DNA of 63,955 nucleotides, counting the filler, from Lenisia limosa (Eukaryota > Protista > Breviatea): the NCBI GenBank assembly GCA_001655205.1. It is 8 parts of 8 records of this genome, joined end to end, with 100 filler letters (N's around TTAATTAATTAA, not from the genome) between each part and the next. Parts side by side here need not be neighbours in the genome. Positions count along the whole stretch, not along the records: positions 1 to 4,388 come from LPNZ01007975.1; positions 4,489 to 18,084 come from LPNZ01003370.1; 6 more parts are not named here. One strand, written 5' to 3'. The position numbers were made by a program, and so were the translations under genes. The notes under the pieces were generated by a model that was not told the origin of the DNA, did no database searches, and saw only the letters and a list, made by a program, of their open reading frames with translations. Every line of letters begins with the position of its first letter. Within the stretch, counting starts at the first letter, position 1. Below are positions 1-11,211 of the stretch, piece after piece.

Positions 1-2426
1 TAAAGTTTGCGTCCAGGATAACATCGTCAGCATTTTGCGTCTTGAATTCCTCTCCATACATTACCACGGTACGGGCATGTAGGATGAAATCGTTTCTACA
101 CAGGTGATGTGAGAAGAGTAAATGCACGTTTTTTTTTACAGAAAAGTCTCTATTAAAACTTGTCTCATATTGAGAGGAACTGTAAACAGAAACAAAAAAA
201 AAAAGAGATGAGAAGGGTGAATGTGTGCGATGAGTAGGGCTTCATATCTGTAAAAAAACAATTTATCGATAAATCACCGAAAACTGTCGATATTTTATTG
301 GTTTTTTTCGGACCGAAGTGAAGCCCTAGTGATGAGGTGGGAAAGGTGAGGAGGGAGGGGGGGGGGNNNNNNNNNNNNNNNNNNNNNNNNNNNNNNNNNN
401 NNNNNNNNNNNNNNNNNNNNNNNNNNNNNNNNNNNNNNNNNNNNNNNNNNNNNNNNNNNNNNNNNNNNNNNNNNNNNNNNNNNNNNNNNNNNNGCAATGA
501 GAAAGAAAAGAAAAAGGTTGCATCTGACCGAAGCCGTCCACACCATCACGCTTACAAGAGATAGAGTTTAATACTAATTCATGGTAATATGTGAATGTGT
601 GATACCTGGACCCCCCTCTCTCTCCCCCACAAACCCCAGTTTCCAAAGGTTGGTCATCTCTAGTTCTTCATTGACAGTGTTGTAGACCTGTATGGTGTCC
701 TCGTAGTAGAGCTCGTTGAGAGTACCAGATTCGGTTCCAATTGCTTGGGGATGGTAAGAATTTGAAAGAGAAGTAATGCAACAACATCTATATTTCACAA
801 AATATATAATCAGCGACAGCAAAAAATATTATAAAAATATTCATTCGATATTCAAACAACAAATAGTCAGGTTTCTCATTTCATTTGTTCATCATATTGA
901 TAGATGCCCCCTATTACATAAGCCAATTAAGTCGTCAATGTTGAAGTAGAGCTCTTCATGGCGCTTGTGGAACGTCTCCATATTTTTCTGTTAAATAGTA
1001 AGTGAAAAGGTTGGACAGCAGGAAATTGCAAAATGATATTATTTCATAGAACAACGTCTCTATTTCCCTTGTCCGATAGCCTAAGCACCCCCACCCCCTC
1101 CTCTCTTGCCTTCCCCGTCTCCTATCACTTTCCAGCTTAATGAAATGCTCCGCTTACCGTGAGGTGGGTTATAGTGGTGGTAAGATCTTGAGGCTCAGCG
1201 TAATCAGGCATCTGAGTAGTCAATGTTTTGCTGTGAATCGCATGGTATTGGTCGCCTATTATTACGAGCAAATGTAGTCAAAATGAACCACCACCCACAG
1301 AAAGAGCGAGGAGCATCGCCCGGGTATCAACTAGAATATTGACACAGTCGATTTGAACTTCTCCAGAGGTGTGAATGTCGTTGAGAATGATACCAAGCTG
1401 AAAAGTTACACACAAACGTAATTAGGGTTTCACCACGGTTAGAAAAACACCCGAAATATTCAGATAATATCTCAAAGATTTATCGAAAAATTCGATTTTT
1501 GTTAAATTGGATCGGGGTGTTCTAACATACTACATCACATAGCCATATCATATATTACATTATTTCTTAAAATATCTAATATGACGTTTCAATAGCACTT
1601 ACCCCCCCTTCCATGCTGTTCTCTCTCTCTCTCCACAATACCCCCATAATTCTTTCCACAATACCACCCTTGTGTGTTGTCAACAGAGTTGATTTGGGTT
1701 TTTTTTTGTTTCATAAATTTTCCAATTATACCCACCCTCCCCTACGTTTCCAAAGGTAATATCGGACTGGTAGAAGTCAAAGGCAAAAAGGAGTATAGCA
1801 ATGATGAACGTGACTCGGAAGTTGCGTTTCATGTTGCTGGAGGATAAATACATAATTGGTGTGAGAAGAGAGACACACACACAGAGAGAGAGACAAGGAG
1901 AGAGAGAGAGTGAGAGAACATGCTTTGAAAAAAACGAGAGGCGGTTAAAGGAGCATATCGAAAATCTAGAACTTTTAAAAAACCACCAACTTGATAACTG
2001 GTGACTTGAAGCTTCGGACCTTTCTATAGAACTTCGATGCTCTTCCGTTTACACTGCGGTCATTAAAATATGAAGAAATGAGAAACAGGGGATGGTTGAA
2101 GCCGTCCCTACTATTGTATTCTTTGAAGAAGGGTAATTACTGTGAATTAGGGCTCCGTAAGATTAATTAATTTTTTTTTTGCTAAATATCAAGTGCAACA
2201 TATTGTAATGCAAACTCAATTTCAGACACTTAAATTTTGTCAATTATTTTCGTCAAAAAAATTAATTGCACGGAGCCCTACAGTGAATATATGACGGGTA
2301 CAAGGTGTTTCATTTGAAATACTTGTACAGAAGAGAACAACATTCAATACTCGTCAATCAAACCAAGAAATTGAAGGCTTACGTTGTTGATGACGAGTTG
2401 GTGAAGGAAGAAGGCGCCTCACTCAT
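1..2426 (-). CDS. Multi-exon hypothetical membrane protein, 3' end outside the window
   Basis: GT-AG-bounded exons read MSEAPSSFTNSSSTT, MKRNFRVTFIIAILLFAFDFYQSDITFGN (hydrophobic), LGIILNDIHTSGEVQIDCV, AIGTESGTLNELYYEDTIQVYNTVNEELEMTNLWKL and RNDFILHARTVVMYGEEFKTQNADDVILDANF. No family recognised. Confidence 0.5.
235..328. mobile_element. hAT-type MITE, family A (complete copy)
   Basis: Ends TAGGGCTTCA...TGAAGCCCTA; 8-bp flanks GCGATGAG/GTGATGAG (7/8); lies in an intron. Confidence 0.85.
494..570 (-). repeat. Dispersed repeat family B (GGC-TTCG-GCC hairpin plus T-rich tail)
   Basis: Matches copies at 10611-10650, 30634-30710 and 32201-32230; consensus GTGAACGGCTTCGGCCAGATACATCYTTATTTTTTATTTCTCATTGC. 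Confidence 0.75.
1423..1524. mobile_element. Degenerate family A MITE
   Basis: Starts TAGGGTTTCACC and keeps the core GATTTATCGAAAAATTC; TSD not clear. Confidence 0.5.
2148..2280. mobile_element. hAT-type MITE, family A2
   Basis: 11-bp perfect TIR TAGGGCTCCGT...ACGGAGCCCTA with inverted AATTAAT(T)n subterminal blocks; flanks CTGTGAAT/CAGTGAAT (7/8). Confidence 0.85.
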
Positions 2427-2544
2427 TGTTCTAAATAATGTAAAAAAAAAACATGGGGTATCTGAAAGCCATGAGCACTATCACAATATCACCTGATAAA
2501 CCTAAAAATCCACAATTCAATTCATCAAAACAATATGTCACATA

Positions 2545-2617
2545 TACTGATCATAATGAGTCTTGACCAATTTTCCTTGGAATATCATAGAAAATAGGTC
2601 TACTTCCCGGTCACTTA
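2545..2617. mobile_element. Repeat family D, possible Tc1/mariner-type MITE
   Basis: Reverse-complement match to 62794-62856 and 63258-63338 (CCAAGGAAAATTGGTCAAGACT core); end CCCGGTCACT followed by TA. Confidence 0.55.
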
Positions 2618-2668
2618 TGTATTAAGCACAATATATAGAACACAAGGATATTTTCAGATACTCGATGC

Positions 2669-4300
2669 CTATCCTCCCAAGAGCTGATCCTGGAGTTCAG
2701 AATGCTTCACCTGTCGGACCCTCTTACCCGAATTCAGCACCAAACTAAAAACATTAAAAAAAGAAATCCAGAGATAATGGGCGAAAAGAACAGCATCTTA
2801 GTTGAAAAAGGCATACACCCCCCCACCTCGCGAGGTAAATGTTCTGGAAGGCTTGTTTGGCTCAAACTGCGTTCTCCCCTCAGAGAGGCAGGGTTTTGCC
2901 GTCCGAGGCTATCCATATGGGCCTAAGAAGTCAGGTGATAAGGCAGAATACTACTAGTTATTTAATCATATGATTAATATGATATCATAAGCATTTGGGG
3001 TATTCAACGTGTATTCATCTTGATACTATCTTTGTTAATGTATCCACACCCTATTATAAGCATACAGTATATTCGTTCACCCCCCTCCCGCAATCCTACT
3101 CTCATACAGTCCACCCCTCCCCAACTTGTTCATAGGGAGTCATAAGATTGGTCTTAGGGGACAAGAGCAGTTCCTCGTTCTAAGATAAAGGTAAAACGCA
3201 AGTACTTTTGTTTTGAACAAGAAAAATTATTTACATTAGAAATCTAGGGAAACAAATAAATACTTTGGGATGCAAGTTCATGGGTTTGGCTCAGGTAAGA
3301 CTATTCATCAAAACAAATATGAGAGTCGCATCATGTGAAAAATAAGACCAATAACAAAAGGTGTATATTGCACCGTCAACACATCTTTTGCTGGGTTTGA
3401 CATAGAACCAGTTTCACCACGGAATTATTGATGACTTTTTCATGCTTCACAAATACCAAAAATTCTCTTCAGTAGTAATACACCTATTTCAGAGATCTTA
3501 GTTGCATATTTGCCCCCCCCCCCTCCCACTGAATGCGTTGATTGGGGGGGTAGCGGTGGAGTGTTTGCATGGTGACTGTCAAACTTCACCTTGGGAACGT
3601 CATTTGTTACATTTAGGTAAATGTCATTAACTTGATATCGATATCTTGTACGTATAATAAGCATCATATCATTTGAAGCTATACTATTTATTAAGACGAA
3701 AACAGGATAAGAATCAATAAGAGATCTGACATAAGCCTTGACTGCAGATATTATTGGTTGATAGTGGGGTGTTCATCATATTGGAGAGACCAATGCTCTT
3801 TTAAATGGTAATAGCAGTGAACAGGGTTTACTTTCTGAAAAAAATATTACACACTGATTGCAAAAAAAAAAAAANNNNNNNNNNNNNNNNNNNNNNNNNN
3901 NNNNNNNNNNNNNNNNNNNNNNNNNNNNNNNNNNNNNNNNNNNNNNNNNNNNNNNNNNNNNNNNNNNNATTGTAAGCCCTGATGATACTTGAATAATACA
4001 ATTACCCCCCCCCCACTTTGGATTGTAGGGGAGTTCGGCCAAATGAATTAGAGCGACCTCGCTGAAAATGTCAAATGTGAAAATCCCAACAAGAGACTAT
4101 CTTTCAGGCCAATTATTACTTTGAAAAAATAAAGAAATAAATAATAAAAAAAAATAATAAAGAAATAAAGTAAAGAAATAAATAATAATTTTAATAACAA
4201 AAAAGCCGTTTGTCCTACATTGTGTTTGTGTGGGCCTCGTTTGAGCTTGGCTGAGGCTTTCACAACGTCCATTCCGACTTTCACCTGCGACGGGTTCTGT
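2669..4300 (-). CDS. 3' part of a hypothetical Ser/Pro-rich protein, 5' end lost at the contig join
   Basis: Exons read NPSQVKVGMDVVKASAKLKRGPHKHN, RGRSNSFGRTPLQSK, NEELLLSPKTNLMTPYEQ, AHMDSLGRQNPASLRGERSLSQTSLPEHLPRE and VKHSELQDQLLGG*; several donors are followed by G-runs. Confidence 0.4.
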
Positions 4301-4388
4301 TAGGGGGGGGGGAGTAAAATTGGGAAATTGATAACAAAAAGACCAATTCAACTCTGTTGGCTGACAACACACAAGGGTTGATAACAAC

Positions 4389-4488
4389 NNNNNNNNNNNN
4401 NNNNNNNNNNNNNNNNNNNNNNNNNNNNNNNNTTAATTAATTAANNNNNNNNNNNNNNNNNNNNNNNNNNNNNNNNNNNNNNNNNNNN
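4389..4488. other. Artificial contig spacer (44N-TTAATTAATTAA-44N)
   Basis: Same 100-nt structure at 18085-18184, 23229-23328, 27685-27784, 35792-35891, 39302-39401 and 62694-62793; the 12-mer has stops in all six frames. Confidence 0.97.
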
Positions 4489-5715
4489 TGGCAACCGTCT
4501 AATTCCCGCTGCCGCAGTACCTTGCTTTCTTGTCCCCTCAGTGCATCGCAATCACGGCGCCATCTTCGGTCCTCCGCGTCTCGGGCAAACTGATCTTCCT
4601 GTTGGGCTTTCTGCAGCTTAATTTCACGCACGCGCTCCTCGAGTGCCTGTCTCCTGCTTTCTGGTGTCTCAGCATTGCCCTCGATAATCCGTTGACAGTC
4701 AAGTGTTTCTTCGGAGAGGAGATCACGTAATCTAAAGGGTGACAATACGAATGGCGATGGAAGGCTTAAATGTTAATGTTACTATTATGGACACTGTTTT
4801 TACTATTATGACCGATTGTTACAACAATTAAGGTACCCCCCCCCCCCNNNNNNNNNNNNNNNNNNNNNNNNNNNNNNNNNNNNNNNNNNNNNNNNNNNNN
4901 NNNNNNNNNNNNNNNNNNNNNNNNNNNNNNNNNNNNNNNNNNNNNNNCTTCCTTTTCTTTTTCCTCGGCTTCGCGAACCCTGCGGTCCACACGGGCGCTT
5001 CGCATCCTCACTTCCGTCCTCTTCTCAAACTTGGCTTGCTGCAAGTGTCAGCATGAAATCAAAGCTCTTAAAGTCGGTATCTCTAGCCAAAGTACCAAGA
5101 ATGACGGTGGCCTTATGAAGTTATACTAGTTAGCAAAGGTTTCACAAAGGGTGCAAAAAGGTATGAAGGAAGAGGACAGAAAACAATAACAATAACAAGA
5201 ACCAAACACCAATAAAAAGGCAACTATCTTCCATAAATTCTGGTTGACATTGAGTAAAATAAAACTGTATGATACTTGGCCACATGAATAAACCCAGCAG
5301 AGCCACAATTAACGTTATAAAGGAAACTGATAAATGGTGGTCAAAGAAGAAAGGTGTAGCAACAAAAAACTCTCCAAAGATTATCGCACTAAGGAAACAT
5401 ACCACTATCTTCTTTTCATTTATATTCAAACAAAGCGAAATGATACAACAAAATCAAAGAAAACAATGCAATATGATTCGAGTAGGGCCCAAGGAAAAAA
5501 GCAAGGGAATACACAGCTTACGTTTACTGCCTGGTTGAAATAGCCAACATTGCTCTCAGAAACCCTAAAAAACGATGAGCGGTGCCGAGAAGAGAGCTAC
5601 ACATTGTAGATCGCCCAAAAAATGTGGTTGCTTACTGGCGTCTGGCTTCTTCTTCCCTTCTTTTGTCAATGAGATATGAACCGGAAGAACCACTGTAGCC
5701 TCCACCGCCAAACAT
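4489..5715 (-). CDS. CFAP53: CFAP53/CCDC11-like ciliary coiled-coil protein, N-terminal part
   Basis: Spliced MFGGGGYSGSSGSYLIDKRREEEARRQVSESNVGYFNQAVNQAKFEKRTEVRMRSARVDRRVRE...DLLSEETLDCQRIIEGNAETPESRRQALEERVREIKLQKAQQEDQFARDAEDRRWRRDCDALRGQESK fits the ETPE..R / W R..CD.LR pattern of CFAP53; truncated at the spacer. Confidence 0.72.
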
Positions 5716-6127
5716 GGTCTTCTCTGAAAAAAACGACTTTAAAAAAACTTCAAAACAGCAACTTCTGCACTAATATATCTTAATTTGGTAGTAATTTTAA
5801 GATTAAGCACAATTAGCAGTTTAACTCCTTAGTTACTGGTTTCAAGCTGAGAAACAAAAAAATAAATCAGATTATCTTTTAATTCAATTTAATAATTATT
5901 TTATCTACATAAATGTGTCAATAAAGGTTTTTAAAAAGATATTTAAAGTAAATACCCGGTTTCAAAAACAGTCAATTAAAATGAATGTAAAACCGCTGTT
6001 TTATATTCCCGATTTTTAATTTTTGCGTTCTCTTTGTCGCTTAACAAATTTTTTCCCTTATTTTTCTAATCACTGCATTGTATTTTGCATAGATTATTTC
6101 TTTTCTGACGTTAACCTTCAATTCAAA

Positions 6128-7526
6128 ATGGTTTGTAGCTCCCGCCTTCTTGTTTAACTTACGGTTTAGTCTTTTAAAAGAGAAACTATCATCGATTTGG
6201 CCAAGTATGTTAACAAGGAAGTTCGTCTGAAGTTTAACGGAGGCAGAGAGCGTTAGCGATACCTTCTGGTGGAGTATTTATCCCTTTTAGTTGTTGGAAC
6301 CTTGAAGGGGTCCGATAACCTGGTGAACATCGTTCTGGATGACACTGTCGAGTTTATGAGAGGTGAGATCTTGGGGGAATTGTGGGCTCTTTTGTTTGGC
6401 TGGTATTGCGACAACAGCATTGAAGGGGGATAATAACTACAGGAGAAGTGTGGAATAGGCTGAATTCTGGAGCACGTTTTTTATTCTTTGATTCAACACG
6501 TGTAATAGGAGCGATTGTACAAGTAAAAGCGTTTTCGGTTTATCTCTCTACCTCCTAGATTGCAGCTTAAAGGTGTCATGGATAGATCACTATAATGTCA
6601 GATTAGTTATGTTTTACTTCAATTGAACTAATAAAGTATCATCTGCTACTTTATGAGCGGTTACACTTTTACAATTCTCATTTTGCTTCAATGAGTTACG
6701 CCTTCATGCAATCTTCTTCTTTTCTTGAAATGGTCTCACTCTTGTTACTATTGATAAATGGATAATTTCTTGTTCTGAAATTCAAAGTTAAACAGCCGAT
6801 ATCTCACCAGTCCAGGCGTGAACAGTACCTTAGCTCTCTCACCAATAATGAACAACATTTTTCTCGCACTTATATCACCAATCCAGATTTGAACGACCCC
6901 CTGGTGCTCACCGGTCAGACCCGTAAACTCGGCCTTGTCGTCTGTCGCGGCCCTCACATTACCCTTATTTCCCCTACTGGTTTGGGGGGGTTTTGCGCTG
7001 ATCAATTTATACTCGATTGTTTTTCTTTCATTATTTTTGCATATGTGCTTATAAGCGTAATGGTGTTGGACAGCTTTTAACACATACACCTTGTTGTCTT
7101 TCTCCTTTCTAGGTATTATATTGAATATGTATGTACATACATGTACTATAATCCAATATACCCCCCACGTGGATGGCTTCCGTTACATTCCAAGATATCA
7201 TCACGCATTGGATTTGATTAATGTTCTCGTATCCATTTGCTATAAACACTGACCGTGTTAAGTCGTGGATACGAATCAGAGGTCTTTTTATATATTCGTC
7301 AAGACTTAACACAGTCAGTGTATGTATAGCCAAGGAGTAATCAACACCCCGCCACCTTTTACTTCTCATCATCCTTTTCACTTCTCATACTTGAAGGTCC
7401 GCTTGTTCTTCTCATACTTTACTATCCCCTTTTTTCTTCTAATACTCTTCCCTTTTTCATTTTCCAGATGGCGTGTCGGAGATTGAGAACCCATTTGCCG
7501 CCATGGCTGAGGAGGAGGTCATCTAA
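6128..7526 (+). CDS. LSM7: U6 snRNA-associated Sm-like protein LSm7
   Basis: Exons 6128-6130, 6170-6251, 6291-6362, 6887-6979 and 7468-7526 give MSFKRETIIDLAKYVNKEVRLKFNGGRELVGTLKGSDNLVNIVLDDTVEFMRDLNDPLVLTGQTRKLGLVVCRGPHITLISPTDGVSEIENPFAAMAEEEVI*. Confidence 0.95.
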
Positions 7527-7664
7527 ACCAATCAACCCCGCCCCTGCTTCAAGATACACACCGAAGGTCTGAATAGCGTATCGGATAATACACACTGCTT
7601 CGTTTCGTCAAATCAAGCTTCTTGTTTTTGTTTTTGTAAAACACAGGAATAATCTTCTGATAAT
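7169..7664 (-). CDS. Two putative exons of an antisense gene interleaved with LSm7
   Basis: Exons 7664-7562 and 7355-7169 join in frame (..YQKIIPVFYKNKNKKLDLTKRSSVYYPIRYSDLRWRGVDYSLAIHTLTVLSLDEYIKRPLIRIHDLTRSVFIANGYENINQIQCVMISWNVTEAIH); the GT-AG intron between them spans LSm7 exon 5. Confidence 0.45.
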
Positions 7665-7718
7665 CTAAAATAGAATACTTATATAATAAAAGAAAAAACG
7701 AGAAAGGATACTGTAGCA

Positions 7719-9569
7719 TTACAAAGACAGCGTCGCGTGTGGCGTCCATTCAAAGATTTCAGCCGGGCTAACGTCCATGACGTCATTCACCTGGGGGAGG
7801 TAAAAGCGAAGTGGTTGGATAAAATGAAGAATCGATGAAGTTATTGGTGTAATTGCTGCAAAATCAAAATCCCATTTCCGCTTTCGAAATAGTAAATGTC
7901 ATAAATGAGGTGCGTTGTGGGTGCTAGCAAATAGTGAAACAAAAGTTCCAGCGTCAATAAAAACGTTTTAGCGAGATCTCATTTGTTCAAGGCAATTTAT
8001 TATTTAAGGAGATTTTACGGCTTACAAAGGGGGCCAGTTGTTGTTTGGTTCATTCGTATTGTGTGTTCGCCCCAGTGCACCAAGGTATTATCTACAATCA
8101 AAATGAACGATGGTTGAGGGATGGGTCAATAGAAGGGACATACTGTAAGCTAAATACTGGAAGAGCTCAAGGGACTAACTAAAGTGCCATTTCAACATCC
8201 CACATACACCTTCAACACCGTAATTTTCTCCAGCGCCGCAAACAGTCATGTCAAATGCTCTATCAATCAGATGCAAAAAAGTCGGAATAATATCGATCTT
8301 ATTAAAAAATAATGATACTATTGTTGTCGGAGAATTCCAATACTAGATTGTGCTGTTTGATTTGAAACATTTGTATTCAGCTTCAATCAATATTCATGAA
8401 AAAAATGGTTAAATGGGTACTTTTCCCTTATTTAAGATGATAATCACTAGCATAATGATCGAGTGATTTCTTACCCCCCCCCCCCTCAAACTTCTAGTAC
8501 AATTGTTTTCGTTGAACATTGAGCTAAAGCTATTGGTGCAACGATCTGATTGGGTTAAGCAACAAATAGAAGGACAGTTGCCTTGAATATAATTATAAGT
8601 TCACAACAAAATATTTCATTTTTTCAAAAATGATACTATTCGATCAAGCTCTTTACTAAAGAGTCTGAATTTTCAAGTTGGTATAATGTGCATGAAAATA
8701 ATCTAATGCTGACAATAACGTTCTGCATTTTTTCGCCTGCCTACAAGAAATGCATTCAACGTTTTCGGCCCAGCCTGTTTCGAACGAAAGCGCCACATTT
8801 TTGGACGTGTACGACAGATAGTGACCCTCGGGGTTCCCTAGAATGAATGAGAATAATATCTGATAATGTATTTATAAACAATCCAAAAATAATTCTGATA
8901 CGACACGAAATCCGCATCCTGAACCATATCAACGTAACAAAATCAAGTATATAAGCCCCCCCCTCCCTCACGTCAGCAAATACACAAACATTTACATATA
9001 ATAATATTTCAATAAATATAACCTATATATGAACGATATATTATGATAAGTAGTATTGAATAATATAATATCATATATATATATACTATATATTATTTAT
9101 ATTATCTATATATGATACAGTCACACATGGTTTTCAACCCCTCCCCCAACTGGCTTTGACTGCATCAACATAAGACTTAAAGCGATTAGAGAGAAAATTA
9201 CAAAAGATGAAACTTGGCAAAAATGAAGATTTTAGGTGTCTAAATATGAAATAGATATGCATATAGTATTATTGAATTGCAAAAATTGGCATGTACCTTG
9301 ATGTACTGCGCCTGATTCCCATTCATACATTCACACACATGCTCAAACTCAAACGAGTATTTCAATATGTCTATTACCAAGCCATTTACAGTACACCTTG
9401 CAAGTATATTTCTAAAATTAAGCCCTATCCCTTTGGATCATATACCAACCAAACACATATGCCGAATATTCTCATATTATTATGTTTATTACTTTGCAAC
9501 TCACTTGATACTTGCCTTCGCCAGTATTGCAAATTGAACCAGCAGCAGAATGTGGATAATAAGCCTCAT
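7719..9569 (-). CDS. Secreted hypothetical protein A
   Basis: Signal-like MRLIIHILLLVQFAILAK; exons AQYIK, SYVDAVKA, IVAPIALAQCSTKTIVLE, IDIIPTFLHLIDRAFDMTVCGAGENYGVE and VNDVMDVSPAEIFEWTPHATLSL*; 3' end uncertain. Confidence 0.5.
8744..8840. mobile_element. Repeat family C (about 98 bp, hAT-like ends)
   Basis: About 85 nt of close reverse-complement match to 11085-11185; ends read TAGGGAA/CAGGGAA; no TSD seen. Confidence 0.65.
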
Positions 9570-9975
9570 CCTTATCATCTGACTCAAGATTGTGATCAAC
9601 ACGATTATGTAGCTTGGGGAACTAGCTATGTGAATCCTATAGGGTTCCGCTTTCCCTACTTCCCTGGTTTTTTGTTGTAGCGAATGAGAACGTGGTGAGA
9701 AGGGAGAGGTGGGAGGTGGAACGGACCAAAAAAGTTGCTTGTATAACTACCCCATGACACCCCTTTCAAGTTCCAGCGGCTCGCGGCCCGCTCGCCCGCT
9801 CGCCCTTCTATCTCTTTGCATATATTTTTTTTATGAGAGGCAGGGAAAAAGAACGATAGAAGTCAATTTAAATATTGAGTTTATTTGTCCGAGATTCCGC
9901 TAATTGTTGCCGAGTTAAATCTGTTGCCTTAGTGTTCATTGGCTGAGGATTCAGTAAAAAAAGGCGAGGACAAAC

Positions 9976-10912
9976 ATGAGGATCCTCGTTACCATTATAA
10001 TATTGGTGCAGTTCGCGGTGTTTTCGACTGCTTTTATTAAGTGAGCAAGTTGTGCGTGATGGGGAGTGATTAATCACATAACAATAACTTCATAAATAAT
10101 ATGTTTTACAATGTACATTATGTATCATATGATTTTCCAAATATTGTTGCCCAAGGTTGTTGCAGAGTATTAAGCAAGAAATCCCCCTTCCCTATAAAAT
10201 GCGTTGCAGTTTTATTGTTTCAGCTTCAACAAGGAGGGGAAGGCTGTTATATCCGTTGCTGAACCCACTCGACCCGAACATGCTGCTTCCAAGGTATTTG
10301 GCGAAGTTTAAAACATGACCCACTTAAATTTTCTGTTCAAACTATCAAATTGTTTTTTGTTTTGATTTTATTCACCATTTTAGGCTTACGTTGATGATGT
10401 TAAATCCAGTGGGGAGTGGGGTGAAAAATACTTGTGTTTATATGATTTATGTGGGGGTGGGGTGTATTGACTCCAGAAAGCTTTCGTTTAGATTTAGACT
10501 GTCATCTAGCATTGGTATTGTATACTTATGCCATCACAGTGTGATGCTGAGATTGTCTATAGTCAATAACAAGGCATTATTTTATTGATTACATATAATA
10601 TGTATATCTACTTCGGCCAGATACATCCTTATTTTTTATTTCTCATTGCTATATATATATATATATCGATATATACTAGTCAGTATAAAATGTTCAATCT
10701 TAGAATATTTTAAAAAAACTGACAGTATATGTATGTTTTCAGTTTTCACAGTTCTCCATGATATGACGTGTCCAGTTGCTCAAGAAACGAGTAACAAGTT
10801 CGCATGCATGATGATTGGCCCGTCGGTACCCGAGGGCGTCACACAGCAGATCTCCAATGTCGTGGTCACTCACTCCGGTTCCACTGCTGACGTCACCGTT
10901 TCCGTGAGCTGA
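9976..10912 (+). CDS. Small secreted hypothetical protein B with a tail-fibre/adhesin-like motif
   Basis: MRILVTIIILVQFA..FNKEGKAVISVAEPTRPEHAASK|AYVDDVKS|KSFRLDLDCHLAL..LHDMTCPVAQETSNKFACMMIGPSVPEGVTQQISNVVVTHSGSTADVTVSVS*. Confidence 0.7.
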
Positions 10913-11084
10913 GGGAGGGGTGTGTGTTCTTTATAATATCCTGTTTTTCGAGGATCTCCTGGAATTTAAGTTAATCCTACTTCTTTTTTTTGTGAAATTA
11001 TAATGTGTCAGACTGATTAATTGAAAAAACACAAAATGAGCTCAACCAAGTTTTTTTTTACCGTTTGTACCCATTGACACAACA

Positions 11085-11185
11085 CAGGGAAGTTGCCCCG
11101 AGGGACACGACCTTTCGTACACGTCCAAAAATGTGGCGTGTTCGTTCGAAACAGGCTGGGCCGAAAATGTCGAATGCATTCCCAG
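11085..11185. mobile_element. Repeat family C, second copy
   Basis: CAGGGAAGTTGC...GCATTCCCAG imperfect TIR; matches 8744-8840. Confidence 0.65.
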
Positions 11186-11211
11186 TTGGTGGCAAAAGAA
11201 TACATAATTTC

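Noticed and set aside
1-2426. Mucolipin/TRPML-like identity for the first gene
   Set aside because: Only a loose resemblance in spacing after the first hydrophobic segment; no diagnostic motif visible.
4745-5500. Antisense gene in CFAP53 introns (e.g. HEIKALKVGISSQSTKNDGGLMKLY*)
   Set aside because: One protein-like block, but no phase-consistent chain could be built and a gap interrupts the region.
7703-7711. GTATCCTTT on the minus strand, the U12-type 5' splice-site consensus
   Set aside because: No TCCTTAAC-like branch point before the next acceptor, and upstream frames do not require this donor.
8744-11185. 2.4-kb composite transposon bounded by inverted repeats
   Set aside because: Each copy has both of its own ends, no shared TSD flanks the span, and the interior is ordinary spliced host genes with no transposase.
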